DNA from: a virus
Lineage: Duplodnaviria > Heunggongvirae > Uroviricota > Caudoviricetes
Direction: 5' to 3' (one strand)
Length of the DNA: 48,038 bases
IMG/VR virus record: IMGVR_UViG_3300011840_000036
Location: 1 to 48,038 of that record
Shown here: one piece after another, positions 26,904-35,445 of the stretch
Layout: every line of letters starts with the position of its first letter
How positions within the stretch are numbered: position 1 is the stretch's first letter
Position numbers and translations under genes: made by a program
Notes under the pieces: generated by a model
What the model saw: the letters and a program-made list of their open reading frames with translations, nothing else
The model's database searches: none
What the model was told of the DNA's origin: nothing

Positions 26904-27760
26904 ATCAACTTGCACTGTTAAGCCAGCGCCTGCTGAACACGCCGCTGGCCATTCATCCGCGAAAAGCGGAAATCATTGTTACGGCACTGGCAGAACGACT
27001 CGGGATCACCCGGATAAAAACGGGGGCCTGGTATGACGATGATGAAGACGATTTCTGCCGTCCCGCCCCTGAAAGCGGGTACGACATTCTGGAGGGGATC
27101 GCCATCATTCCCGTGCACGGCACCCTGGTACAGAAACTGGGGACGCTACGGCCTTACTCCGGCATGACGGGGTATGACGGCATCCGGCGAAATTTTCTGA
27201 CGGCGCTTAACGACCCTGATGTGAAGGGCATCTGTCTTGATATCGATTCACCCGGCGGAGAAGTGGCCGGGTGTTTTGATCTGGTGGACACGATTTTTGC
27301 CTGTCGCGGGCAGAAACCGGTGCACGCCATTCTCTCGGAGTCGGCGTACTCGGCGGCCTATGCCCTTGCCAGCGCCGCCGACCGGATCCTGGTCCCCCGC
27401 ACGGGCGGCGTGGGATCCGTCGGTGTCATCTACGTGCACTGTGACATGTCGCGCCAGATGAAGGATGAGGGGCTGAACGTGACCATCATCACCTGCGGCA
27501 GCCGGAAGGCGGAGACCAGTCCGCTGCGTCCGCTGAGTGAGGCGGCACAGGCGGCACTTCAGGCGGACACTGACGCTGCAGGCACGCTTTTTATCGAAAC
27601 CGTTGCCCGCAACCGTGGCATCAGCGCGGATGCGGTGCGTGCACTTGAGGCCCGGACGTTGCGGGCTGACGAAGGGGTGCAGGCAGGGCTTGCCGACGAC
27701 GTGATGTCGCCGGATGAGGCCTTTTCTTTTCTGTTAAAGGAGACAGCAAACAATGGGTAA
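26900..27760 (+). CDS. Head maturation protease (S49/ClpP-like, lambda gpC-like)
   Basis: 286-aa ORF; ...DIDSPGGEVAGCFDL...SAYSAAYALASAADRI... typical of S49 peptidases; follows the portal. Confidence 0.85.
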   Translation: MNQLALLSQRLLNTPLAIHPRKAEIIVTALAERLGITRIKTGAWYDDDEDDFCRPAPESGYDILEGIAIIPVHGTLVQKLGTLRPYSGMTGYDGIRRNFLTALNDPDVKGICLDIDSPGGEVAGCFDLVDTIFACRGQKPVHAILSESAYSAAYALASAADRILVPRTGGVGSVGVIYVHCDMSRQMKDEGLNVTIITCGSRKAETSPLRPLSEAAQAALQADTDAAGTLFIETVARNRGISADAVRALEARTLRADEGVQAGLADDVMSPDEAFSFLLKETANNG

Positions 27761-28331
27761 ATTTTCTTTCATGCACCTGGTAGGCATGGGCGATCGTTCG
27801 CGAATGGATGACGATCCGGAGGACAAACGCGACGGGGAGAATGCGGAGGATGACGAGGACCGTCGCGAAAGCCGTAAGGCGCGCTCCCGTGCGGGTGACG
27901 ACGATAACGACGACGACGGGCAGGCGGATGACGACGATGACCGCCGCGAAAGCCGTAAGGCGCGCTCCCGTGCGGATGATGACGATAACGACGACGATGA
28001 AAACGCAGAAGACGACGATGACGAAGAAAAGGCCCGTGCCAGTGAACGTCATCGCTGCGCAGCCATCTTCGCCACGCCGTATGCAGCGAAAAATCCAGCC
28101 CTTGCCGCAGAGCTGGCTTTCAACACCCGCATGAGTGTGAAACAGGCCAGAGCCGTGATGAAAGCGGCGGTGGCAGGGGGCGCAGGCCAGAAAGGCGGGC
28201 TGGCTGCCCGTATGCAGCATGTACCACAGCCGGGAACCGGACGTGATGTCCGCCCTGCACCGACGGAGGCGCACGCGATGGCGCAGCACGCCATGAAACT
28301 GTACAACGAGGCTATGGGGGGTAAAGCATAA
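27753..28331 (+). CDS. Scaffolding protein (Nu3-like) with acidic tandem repeats
   Basis: 192-aa highly acidic protein between protease and decoration/capsid genes. Confidence 0.75.
   Translation: MGKFSFMHLVGMGDRSRMDDDPEDKRDGENAEDDEDRRESRKARSRAGDDDNDDDGQADDDDDRRESRKARSRADDDDNDDDENAEDDDDEEKARASERHRCAAIFATPYAAKNPALAAELAFNTRMSVKQARAVMKAAVAGGAGQKGGLAARMQHVPQPGTGRDVRPAPTEAHAMAQHAMKLYNEAMGGKA
27858..27999 (+). repeat. Tandem direct repeat (about 81 bp x 2) inside the scaffold gene, encoding DRRESRKARSRA-DDDNDDD units
   Basis: Two near-identical copies of GACCGTCGCGAAAGCCGTAAGGCGCGCTCCCGTGCGG...GACGACGATAACGACGACGA. Confidence 0.7.
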
Positions 28332-28732
28332 TGAGCACATACGGAAACAACCCGTCGGTACCGGGTTACTGGTCCGGTGCATACCAGCCGGACCAGCTGC
28401 TGTGCGGACCGCTTCAGGTGGTCACAAAAACTGTGACCATCACTGGTGGCGAGGTGTATCAGCGCGGTACGGTGCTGGGGCGCATCACGGAAAGTGGGGC
28501 GTACACCCTCTGCAAGCAGGGGGCCGGCGTGACGGACGGCAGCGAAACGCCGGTGGCGATTCTGGCGGACATGGCGGATGCCTCGTCCGGTGATGTGCTG
28601 GCCGGTGTCTACCTGATGGGTGAGTTCAACGCAAACCGGGTGATTTTTGATGAAAGCTGGGACATTGATGATCTGAGCGTGGCGCTGGAGAAAGAGAAAA
28701 TCTTTCTGCGCAATCCGGTCACGGTACCGTGA
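28331..28732 (+). CDS. Head decoration protein (lambda gpD-like)
   Basis: 133-aa ORF immediately upstream of the major capsid gene. Confidence 0.7.
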   Translation: MSTYGNNPSVPGYWSGAYQPDQLLCGPLQVVTKTVTITGGEVYQRGTVLGRITESGAYTLCKQGAGVTDGSETPVAILADMADASSGDVLAGVYLMGEFNANRVIFDESWDIDDLSVALEKEKIFLRNPVTVP

Positions 28733-28754
28733 TCTCCCCTCTGACAGCCTGACA

Positions 28755-28777
28755 GCCGCATGATGCGGCTTTTTTTA
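28755..28777 (+). terminator. Hairpin plus T-run between the decoration and major capsid genes
   Basis: GCCGC-atgat-GCGGC stem followed by TTTTTTT, 11 nt before the capsid ATG. Confidence 0.5.
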
Positions 28778-28787
28778 TGGGATTTTT

Positions 28788-29843
28788 ATGAGCGAAAAAG
28801 ACTTTAATCTGCTGTACGACACCGCGTTTCTGGCGCAGGTGGTGCCGAACCTGTTTGTGGCTCAGAACTGGCTGCTGGACAGTTTCTTCCCGAATATCGT
28901 GCTGAGCGATACGGAGTATGTGGCCATTGATGTGGAAGTGGGCGCACGCCGTATGTCACCGTTCTGCTCCCCTCTGGTGGAAGGACCAATGGTTGAGGCC
29001 CTGCCGTACCAGACCAACACCTTCAGACCGGCCTACATCAAGGATAAGCGCGTTCCCGATTTGCTTCGTCCGGTGCGCCGTATGATCGGCGAACGCCTGG
29101 GCGGGCGTGAGTACACGCCAGCAGAGCGTGCAATGCTGAACCTCCAGTACGAGATGGCCGACCAGATCAACATGCTGAACCGTCGTCTTGAATGGATGGC
29201 GGCACAGGCGCTCCAGTACGCGAAGGTGACGATCGCCGGTGAGGGCTACCCGACCACGGAAGTGGATTTTCGTCGTGACAGCGACCTGACGGTGACACTG
29301 AGCGGGGATGATGTCTGGCCTTCTGAGGAAAGCAGCACGATCCCGACCTCCTGCCTTGAGGCGTGGGCGACGCTGATGCTGAAAAAATCCGGTGCGTACC
29401 CGACCGAGGTGATTTTCACGCCGTCAGCCTGGACAGCGTTCATGAACGACAGTTTCATTCGTGAGAACGCCATCAACATGCCCGCCCTGAACCCGACCAG
29501 CAACGTGGTGAACCCGGGGACGCAGATCAACACCGGTGCGGTGTACAAGGGCAGGTGGGGGAACTTCAACCTCTGGCTGTATAACGACTGGTTCATCGAT
29601 CCGGATGACGGAACCGAAAAACCGATGCTGGATGACGGCAACGTCATTCTGACCGGGGCGGCCCTGATGGGGACCCGCGCGTTCGGCTGTATCATGGATC
29701 CGGCGTTTAATTACGGCCAGATGGCCTATGCCCCGAAAATGTGGGATCAGCAGGATCCGGCACAGCGTTTCCTGATGATGCAGTCGGCACCGATTGTCAT
29801 CCCGTCCCGTGTCAATGCGTGCCTGTGCGCGTCGGTGGTGTGA
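28788..29843 (+). CDS. Major capsid protein (lambda gpE-like)
   Basis: 351-aa ORF in the gpE position after protease, scaffold and decoration genes. Confidence 0.9.
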   Translation: MSEKDFNLLYDTAFLAQVVPNLFVAQNWLLDSFFPNIVLSDTEYVAIDVEVGARRMSPFCSPLVEGPMVEALPYQTNTFRPAYIKDKRVPDLLRPVRRMIGERLGGREYTPAERAMLNLQYEMADQINMLNRRLEWMAAQALQYAKVTIAGEGYPTTEVDFRRDSDLTVTLSGDDVWPSEESSTIPTSCLEAWATLMLKKSGAYPTEVIFTPSAWTAFMNDSFIRENAINMPALNPTSNVVNPGTQINTGAVYKGRWGNFNLWLYNDWFIDPDDGTEKPMLDDGNVILTGAALMGTRAFGCIMDPAFNYGQMAYAPKMWDQQDPAQRFLMMQSAPIVIPSRVNACLCASVV

Positions 29844-29844
29844 G

Positions 29845-30030
29845 ATGGCGTCCGGCAAAAAGGGCGCGCCGGTTGACTATGTTGTGCTGCGCGGTTGTGT
29901 GCAGCACAACGGACAACGGGTGGCGCAGGGTAATGTGATCACCCTGAGCGAAAGCGAGGCGCAGCGTCTTCTGCGTCTGGGGGTGATTGTTCCACTGGCG
30001 GAGATGAAGGGTGATGGCCGGACCGGTTGA
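29845..30030 (+). CDS. Small head-associated protein (hypothetical)
   Basis: 61-aa ORF starting 2 nt after the capsid stop codon. Confidence 0.45.
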   Translation: MASGKKGAPVDYVVLRGCVQHNGQRVAQGNVITLSESEAQRLLRLGVIVPLAEMKGDGRTG

Positions 30031-30346
30031 CTGGGACAAAAATCTGTTGTCCCCGTTGTTCGGGGTGTTTGGTGAGGAATGCGAACACCGCCCGCGTGGC
30101 GGTGAGGCGTACCGGCTGACCGGGATTTTTGACCGGGCGTACACGCAGCAGCTTGTCGGCGAGGACGGGGGCACGGAATCAAACTCCACGCTGCCCGTGC
30201 TGGGCGTGCGGGATGCGGCGTGTCGCGTGAAGCCGAAGCAGGGCGATATTTTCCTCATCGTGCGCACGGGGGAGCTGTATATCGTGCGGGATGTGCAACC
30301 GGACAGCCACGGCGGCACGCGACTTGAACTGAACAGGGTGAAGTGA
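30011..30346 (+). CDS. Head-tail connector/adaptor protein (hypothetical, FII-like position)
   Basis: 111-aa ORF between the head and tail modules. Confidence 0.5.
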   Translation: MMAGPVDWDKNLLSPLFGVFGEECEHRPRGGEAYRLTGIFDRAYTQQLVGEDGGTESNSTLPVLGVRDAACRVKPKQGDIFLIVRTGELYIVRDVQPDSHGGTRLELNRVK

Positions 30347-30906
30347 TGAATACCGCAGAAGCCAGAAAAATTGTCACCCGGGCACTGAACGACTGTTCCG
30401 GTTTTGGCGGTCGGGTGTATTCCCCGCGCACCCTGCCGGTGATGCCGGACCAGTACCCGCTCATCATTGTGTCCGTGCAGTCCGAACACAAGGTGTCACA
30501 GGGGCGGCATGTGCCGCAGTTCACCACCACCACGACCCTGCGTATCGACGGTCGCGTGCTGGCGTATGACAGCGGGGACGAGACGGAAAATGCAGCAGGC
30601 GTGGCGTGGGAAGAGGCGGAGGCGATGAAGGAGGCGATAGAGCGTGCCGTCATCGGTAATCCGGACGTCCGCATGAAGTTTCAGCAAATCAGCAGGATCC
30701 GGTCGCATATCGGCGTGGATTCCGACGGTGAAGCGCACACCGGTATTGTGGTGCTGGAGCTGGATCTGGAGTACTACCAGGGGCCGGAGGATTTCTTCCC
30801 GTCTGAGATTGTCCCGCTGCGTGAGGTGAACGTGCGCGGCGTGTATCCGTCATTCCGCCTGCATTTTGATTTGTCTGCCGGTGATGAAACCGGCAGTGAA
30901 ACCTGA
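30343..30906 (+). CDS. Tail completion/neck protein (Mu gp37-like position)
   Basis: 187-aa ORF, start overlapping the previous stop. Confidence 0.5.
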   Translation: MMNTAEARKIVTRALNDCSGFGGRVYSPRTLPVMPDQYPLIIVSVQSEHKVSQGRHVPQFTTTTTLRIDGRVLAYDSGDETENAAGVAWEEAEAMKEAIERAVIGNPDVRMKFQQISRIRSHIGVDSDGEAHTGIVVLELDLEYYQGPEDFFPSEIVPLREVNVRGVYPSFRLHFDLSAGDETGSET

Positions 30907-30919
30907 CAGGAGAAATTCC

Positions 30920-31156
30920 ATGTTTGTGAAACCTGTACCGGGGCGCAGGGTGCGCTACCCCGGCGACCCGTCACGTCTGCTGCCTGATGAGGGGGCGGAG
31001 GTGCCGGATCGTGATTTGTTCTGGCGACGCCGCCTGAAGCAGGGGGATGTGGTACTGGCTGACAGGGCCACCACGGCAGCCACCGGCAAAGTGACCGCGT
31101 CCACGACAGCAACAGGCAGCACGTCTGCCAGCACGGCGAAAGGGGGTGATGCATGA
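30920..31156 (+). CDS. Small tail-module protein (Mu gp38-like position)
   Basis: 78-aa ORF from MFVKPVPGRRVRYPG..., directly upstream of the sheath gene. Confidence 0.45.
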   Translation: MFVKPVPGRRVRYPGDPSRLLPDEGAEVPDRDLFWRRRLKQGDVVLADRATTAATGKVTASTTATGSTSASTAKGGDA

Positions 31157-32655
31157 CGGTATCGTTCAGCAATATCCCGTCAAATCTCCGTGTGCCACTG
31201 TTCTATGTTGAAGTGGACAACTCAATGGCGAACAGCGCCACGGAGACGCAGCGCACCCTGCTGATTGGTCAGATGACGGCTGCGGGAACGGCCACGGCAG
31301 GGACGGCATACCGCTGTTCATCGGCCTCCATGGCTGCCGGGCTGTGCGGGGAAGGCTCCATGCTGCATACCATGCTGATGGCCTACCTTAAAAATGACAG
31401 CTACGGAGAGACCTGGCTGCTGCCGCTGGCAGATGATGACAGCAGCATGACGACGGCCACAGGCAGTATATCTGTTGACAGTGTGCCGACGGCATCCGGC
31501 GTTATTTACCTGTACATCGCAGGCACCCGCGTGCGCCTGACGGTGAAGCCAGCGTACACGCGGGCAGAGATTGCCAGTCTGCTGGCAGACAGAATCAACG
31601 CCACCTCCGGGCTGCCGGTGACGGCCTCCGTGCCCCGTGATGGCACGACCGTTGAGCTTACGGCCAGAAATGCCGGTGAGACGGGAAACACCATTGATAT
31701 CCGGCTGAACTATCTCGGGTCATCCGGCGGCGAGTCCACCCCGGACGGCCTGACGCTGACCATCACGGCGATGAGTGGCGGGGAGGGTGCGCCGGACCTT
31801 GCGGATGCGCTCGCCTCTCTGGGCGACCGCACGTTTGATTTCATTGTCCTGGCGTATTCCGACACCACATCGCTCAACGACATGAAGGATTTTCTGTCGG
31901 ATGACGAAGGTCGCTGGGCGTGGGACAAACAAATTTACGGCCATGCCTTCACGGCGGTAAACGGCAGCTATGGCGAGCTGGCAGACAAGGGAGAGCGCCG
32001 CAACGACCAGCACATGACACTCTGGGGAGTGTATGACGGTCCGAACACCTCATATGACTATGCCGCCGCGATGGTGGGGGCGCTGGCGCAGTCGGTCCGC
32101 AACGATCCGGCGAGACCCACCCAGACGCTGCCGGTATCCGGTGTGCTGGCCCCGCCGCTGGCAAGCCGTTTCACCCTGACGGAGCGGAACACGCTTCTCT
32201 ACAGCGGTATCTCAACCTTCACGGTGTCGGCCGACGATACGGTGACGCTTGAGAATACCATCACCACGTACCAGACCAACCGATACGGTGCGACAGACGA
32301 CAGCTACCTGCAGATCGAGACGATGTACACGCTGATGTATGTATGCCGCGACATGCGCACACAGGTGACCTCGAAGTTTGGACGGATGAAGCTGGCAGAT
32401 GACGACGCGAATATTCCGGCAGGGGCTGCGATAGCCACACCTGCGATTATTCGTGCTGAGCTGATCGCCCGGTTCCGGACGCTGGCGAGCAACGGCTACG
32501 TGCAGAATGCGGATGCGTTTGCGGAGCAACTGGTGGTTGAGCGTGACAGTGACAACCCGAACCGCGTGAACGTGGTGTGGCCGGGCCGCCTGATGAACCA
32601 GTTACGCATCTTTGCGGTGCTGAACCAGTTCAGTCTGAACAGCCGCAGCGATTAA
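31153..32655 (+). CDS. Contractile tail sheath protein (Mu gpL-like)
   Basis: 500-aa ORF followed by tube, chaperone and tape-measure genes in canonical myovirus order. Confidence 0.8.
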   Translation: MTVSFSNIPSNLRVPLFYVEVDNSMANSATETQRTLLIGQMTAAGTATAGTAYRCSSASMAAGLCGEGSMLHTMLMAYLKNDSYGETWLLPLADDDSSMTTATGSISVDSVPTASGVIYLYIAGTRVRLTVKPAYTRAEIASLLADRINATSGLPVTASVPRDGTTVELTARNAGETGNTIDIRLNYLGSSGGESTPDGLTLTITAMSGGEGAPDLADALASLGDRTFDFIVLAYSDTTSLNDMKDFLSDDEGRWAWDKQIYGHAFTAVNGSYGELADKGERRNDQHMTLWGVYDGPNTSYDYAAAMVGALAQSVRNDPARPTQTLPVSGVLAPPLASRFTLTERNTLLYSGISTFTVSADDTVTLENTITTYQTNRYGATDDSYLQIETMYTLMYVCRDMRTQVTSKFGRMKLADDDANIPAGAAIATPAIIRAELIARFRTLASNGYVQNADAFAEQLVVERDSDNPNRVNVVWPGRLMNQLRIFAVLNQFSLNSRSD

Positions 32656-32694
32656 CCATGATGCCGCCTGCGGGCGGCTTTTTTACGGGAGACG

Positions 32695-33060
32695 ATGATG
32701 AGTAAGAACGCGTTAGCGGGCACCTGTACCGTGACGATTGACGGCGTGTCGGTCAATGTGGCCGGAACGTTCAGATATTCCGTGGGTGAAATCGAGCGTG
32801 AAACGCTCACGGGGATGAGCGGCATACATGGCTTTAAGGAGTCGTACAAAGCGCCGTTTATCGAGATGACGGTGCGTGATTCCGGCTCACTGTCACTGAA
32901 GGATTTTGCGGCATATACGGATGTGACGGTGGCGGCCTATCTGGTGAACGGCAAGACCATTCTCGGTCAGAATATGTGGCTGACTGGCCGGATTGAGACA
33001 GACAACAACGATGCAACCTTTACGGCCCGTTTTGAGGGGCGGGAAGTGACGGAGAGCTGA
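32695..33060 (+). CDS. Tail tube protein (Mu gpM-like)
   Basis: 121-aa ORF directly after the sheath gene. Confidence 0.75.
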   Translation: MMSKNALAGTCTVTIDGVSVNVAGTFRYSVGEIERETLTGMSGIHGFKESYKAPFIEMTVRDSGSLSLKDFAAYTDVTVAAYLVNGKTILGQNMWLTGRIETDNNDATFTARFEGREVTES

Positions 33061-33062
33061 CA

Positions 33063-33341
33063 ATGAATGAGAAACAGACCGAAGAACTGGTGGTGACGCT
33101 GAAACGTCCGGTGAAGGATCCGGATACCAGGACCGAGTTCCGTGAGCTGCGACTGAAAGAGCCGGTGCTGTTCCAGGCGGAGGACTTTCACCGCAATACC
33201 GCCTCACTGGGCGCAATGGCGGCCATGCGTGAGCTGATTGCGGCAGTGGCGGGCGTGCCGTCTGCCCCGCTGAAATTCATGGCGGTGTCCGATTACAAAA
33301 AGTGTGAGCGGTTCCTGACGGGTTTTTTCCTGGAGGCCTGA
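33063..33341 (+). CDS. Tail assembly chaperone (short product)
   Basis: 92-aa ORF between tube and tape-measure genes, ending just after a T_TTT_TTC slippery heptamer. Confidence 0.75.
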   Translation: MNEKQTEELVVTLKRPVKDPDTRTEFRELRLKEPVLFQAEDFHRNTASLGAMAAMRELIAAVAGVPSAPLKFMAVSDYKKCERFLTGFFLEA

Positions 33342-33487
33342 GCCAGTGGCAGTCGAGGGCGGCTGAACTGACGTGGTTCTTTCACTGGTCCCCGCGCGAG
33401 GCGTGGGGGCTGACGTCAGGGGAAATTCTCTGGTGGTCGTCACAGGCAGAGCGGATCAACAGGCTGAGGAGTGGCGATGGCGGGTAA
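33063..33487 (+). CDS. Tail assembly chaperone, predicted -1 frameshift-extended product
   Basis: Heptamer T_TTT_TTC at 33323-33329 in the zero frame; the -1 frame continues ...PGGLSQWQSRAAELTWFFHWSPREAWGLTSGEILWWSSQAERINRLRSGDGG to a stop at about 33487, overlapping the tape-measure start. Confidence 0.6.
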
Positions 33488-35435
33488 TGCTTTTGTTTTT
33501 GAGCTGAATGCAAAGGGTAACGCGGATGCGCTTTTACTGAGAGCCTCAGAGGCTGCAGGACTGCTGGCAGGTAACGCAGAGCAGGCGGCGGCCAGCGTGT
33601 CAGGTCTGTCTGAGGAGCTGGGTGAAGTAAATGACACGTCCCTGAACGGGGCATCCGGTGCGGCGGATGCGCTGGGCGGGAAGATAACGCAGATCCACGA
33701 TTCGGTTACGCTACTGATGAACGCGCTGCTGGCCACAGACAGGGCGGGTAACAGGGCGCTGGGAAGGGAGAGTCAGGAGAATGCGGACAGGATGTCCGGA
33801 TATTTTGAACAGCTGTCCCGGCTGGGGAAGGACACGTCACAGCATTTCGGGGATATTGTGCCGCCGCTGCGCAATGTCGGGGCACTGTCATCAGAGCTGT
33901 TCAGTGCGCTGGGGCGCGGAGGTCTTGCGGGGCTTGCGGTCGCTGGCGGTGGCATGGCGGTGAAGGCGGTCGTCAGTAATCTTTATGATGCCTCGAAAGC
34001 GGCATACAGCCTGGATGTGAACGCAAGGAACGCCGGAATGCGCGTGAGTGCGTTCAGCCGCTTTGCCGGGGTGTTCCGTCTGATGGGCCTGTCGGCAGAT
34101 CAGGCACAGGCGGAGACCGGTGCACTGTTCACGACACTGAACGATGCGCTGAACACCCGTTCACCGGAGGTCACGGGCATTCTTAACCAGTTTGGTGTGA
34201 AGCTGGCGGAGAACAGCGACCACACGGTGAACCTGGAAAAGAGCACGCAGAACCTGATTGATGCCTTCGGGCGACTGAACAGTTCGTCGCAGAAGGTGGT
34301 GGCAGACGCGCTGGGGCTGTCGGATGCACAACTGGCGCTGCTGCGGGGAACGAAAAACCTGAATGCGGCGCTGGCGGAGTCCGATCGTCTGGGGCTGTCG
34401 ATGCCGGACAGTCTGAATGCGAAGCTGGTTCAGGCGAACAGCAACCTGAACCGTCTGTCAGCCGCGTGGGATGGTTTCACCGGCAGGATGAAGGCGAAGG
34501 TACTGGGCAGTGATGCTGTCACCGCCTCCGTGGACTGGGCGACCGATGTCCTGACCGGTCAGCGCAGCAGTCAGCAGAAAACGGGGGACCGTCTGTCAGA
34601 GCTGCGCGGTTATCTGTATGCCCATCCGGAGCAACTGAAATCACTGACGTCCCGGCAAAGATACAATCTCGATAACAATATCGCGACATCAGATCTCCTG
34701 GAGATGCACACGCGTCTGTCCGGTCAGCGGTCCGACAGACTGAATGCGCTTACCACGATGCTGAATGACGATCTGTCGAAAGTTATGGTGTCTCCGGCCC
34801 TGTCACAGATCACGTCACCACAAAAAAACGGTGCCGGTGGTCGTGATATCACCCCTGAACTGCGGGCGCATTTTGCGGCACTGGAGAAGCAGTACAACCT
34901 GCCGGAAAACACGCTGTACGGTCTGGCCATGACGGAGTCGTCCGGGCGGGCGGATGCTGTCGGGCCGCTCACCCGTTACGGCACGGCAAAGGGGATGTTT
35001 CAGTTCATTGACCCGACGGCCCGGGAGTATGGCCTTTCCGGTATGGATGTATTCAACCCTTACCGGGCCTCGGAGGCAGCCGCCAGAAAACTGGCGGGGC
35101 TGATGGCGCAGTATGGTGGTGACATGCAGCGCGCCTTTCAGGCGTACAACTGGGGCGAAGGCAATATGAGCGCCTGGCTTCGCGGACAGAAGGGGATGCC
35201 GCAGGAGACACAGACCTACGCGCCGAAGGTGTTCAGGCACATGTCACAGGTATCCGGCGGCAGCATCATCATGCCGCAGTCCGGCAGTTCAGGGACTGAC
35301 GTGCGGGATGAAATCAGTCGCGGTTTCAGCGAAAACAAAATCCGGCTGGACATTAACGTCACCAACACCGCCACGGGGCAGACAACCCGACGGACGGTGA
35401 AGGGGGGCGCGGTGGTCACGGCGATGGATGTGTGA
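33471..35435 (+). CDS. Tail tape measure protein with C-terminal lytic transglycosylase (SLT)-like domain
   Basis: 654-aa ORF after the chaperone pair; C-terminal ...TESSGRADAVGPL...GMFQFIDPTAREYG...AYNWGEGN resembles SLT-domain motifs. Confidence 0.8.
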   Translation: MAMAGNAFVFELNAKGNADALLLRASEAAGLLAGNAEQAAASVSGLSEELGEVNDTSLNGASGAADALGGKITQIHDSVTLLMNALLATDRAGNRALGRESQENADRMSGYFEQLSRLGKDTSQHFGDIVPPLRNVGALSSELFSALGRGGLAGLAVAGGGMAVKAVVSNLYDASKAAYSLDVNARNAGMRVSAFSRFAGVFRLMGLSADQAQAETGALFTTLNDALNTRSPEVTGILNQFGVKLAENSDHTVNLEKSTQNLIDAFGRLNSSSQKVVADALGLSDAQLALLRGTKNLNAALAESDRLGLSMPDSLNAKLVQANSNLNRLSAAWDGFTGRMKAKVLGSDAVTASVDWATDVLTGQRSSQQKTGDRLSELRGYLYAHPEQLKSLTSRQRYNLDNNIATSDLLEMHTRLSGQRSDRLNALTTMLNDDLSKVMVSPALSQITSPQKNGAGGRDITPELRAHFAALEKQYNLPENTLYGLAMTESSGRADAVGPLTRYGTAKGMFQFIDPTAREYGLSGMDVFNPYRASEAAARKLAGLMAQYGGDMQRAFQAYNWGEGNMSAWLRGQKGMPQETQTYAPKVFRHMSQVSGGSIIMPQSGSSGTDVRDEISRGFSENKIRLDINVTNTATGQTTRRTVKGGAVVTAMDV

Positions 35436-35445
35436 GGAGCAGAAG

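Noticed and set aside
27621-28382. 253-aa minus-strand ORF and a 108-aa plus-frame ORF over the scaffold gene
   Set aside because: Generated by the repetitive acidic-repeat DNA (poly-Val/Ile/Thr translations); no independent support.
29424-30674. Minus-strand ORFs (144, 225, 101, 139 aa) across the capsid-to-connector region
   Set aside because: Antisense to a tightly packed series of start/stop-coupled plus-strand structural genes; Arg/Pro/Ser-rich artefact-like translations.
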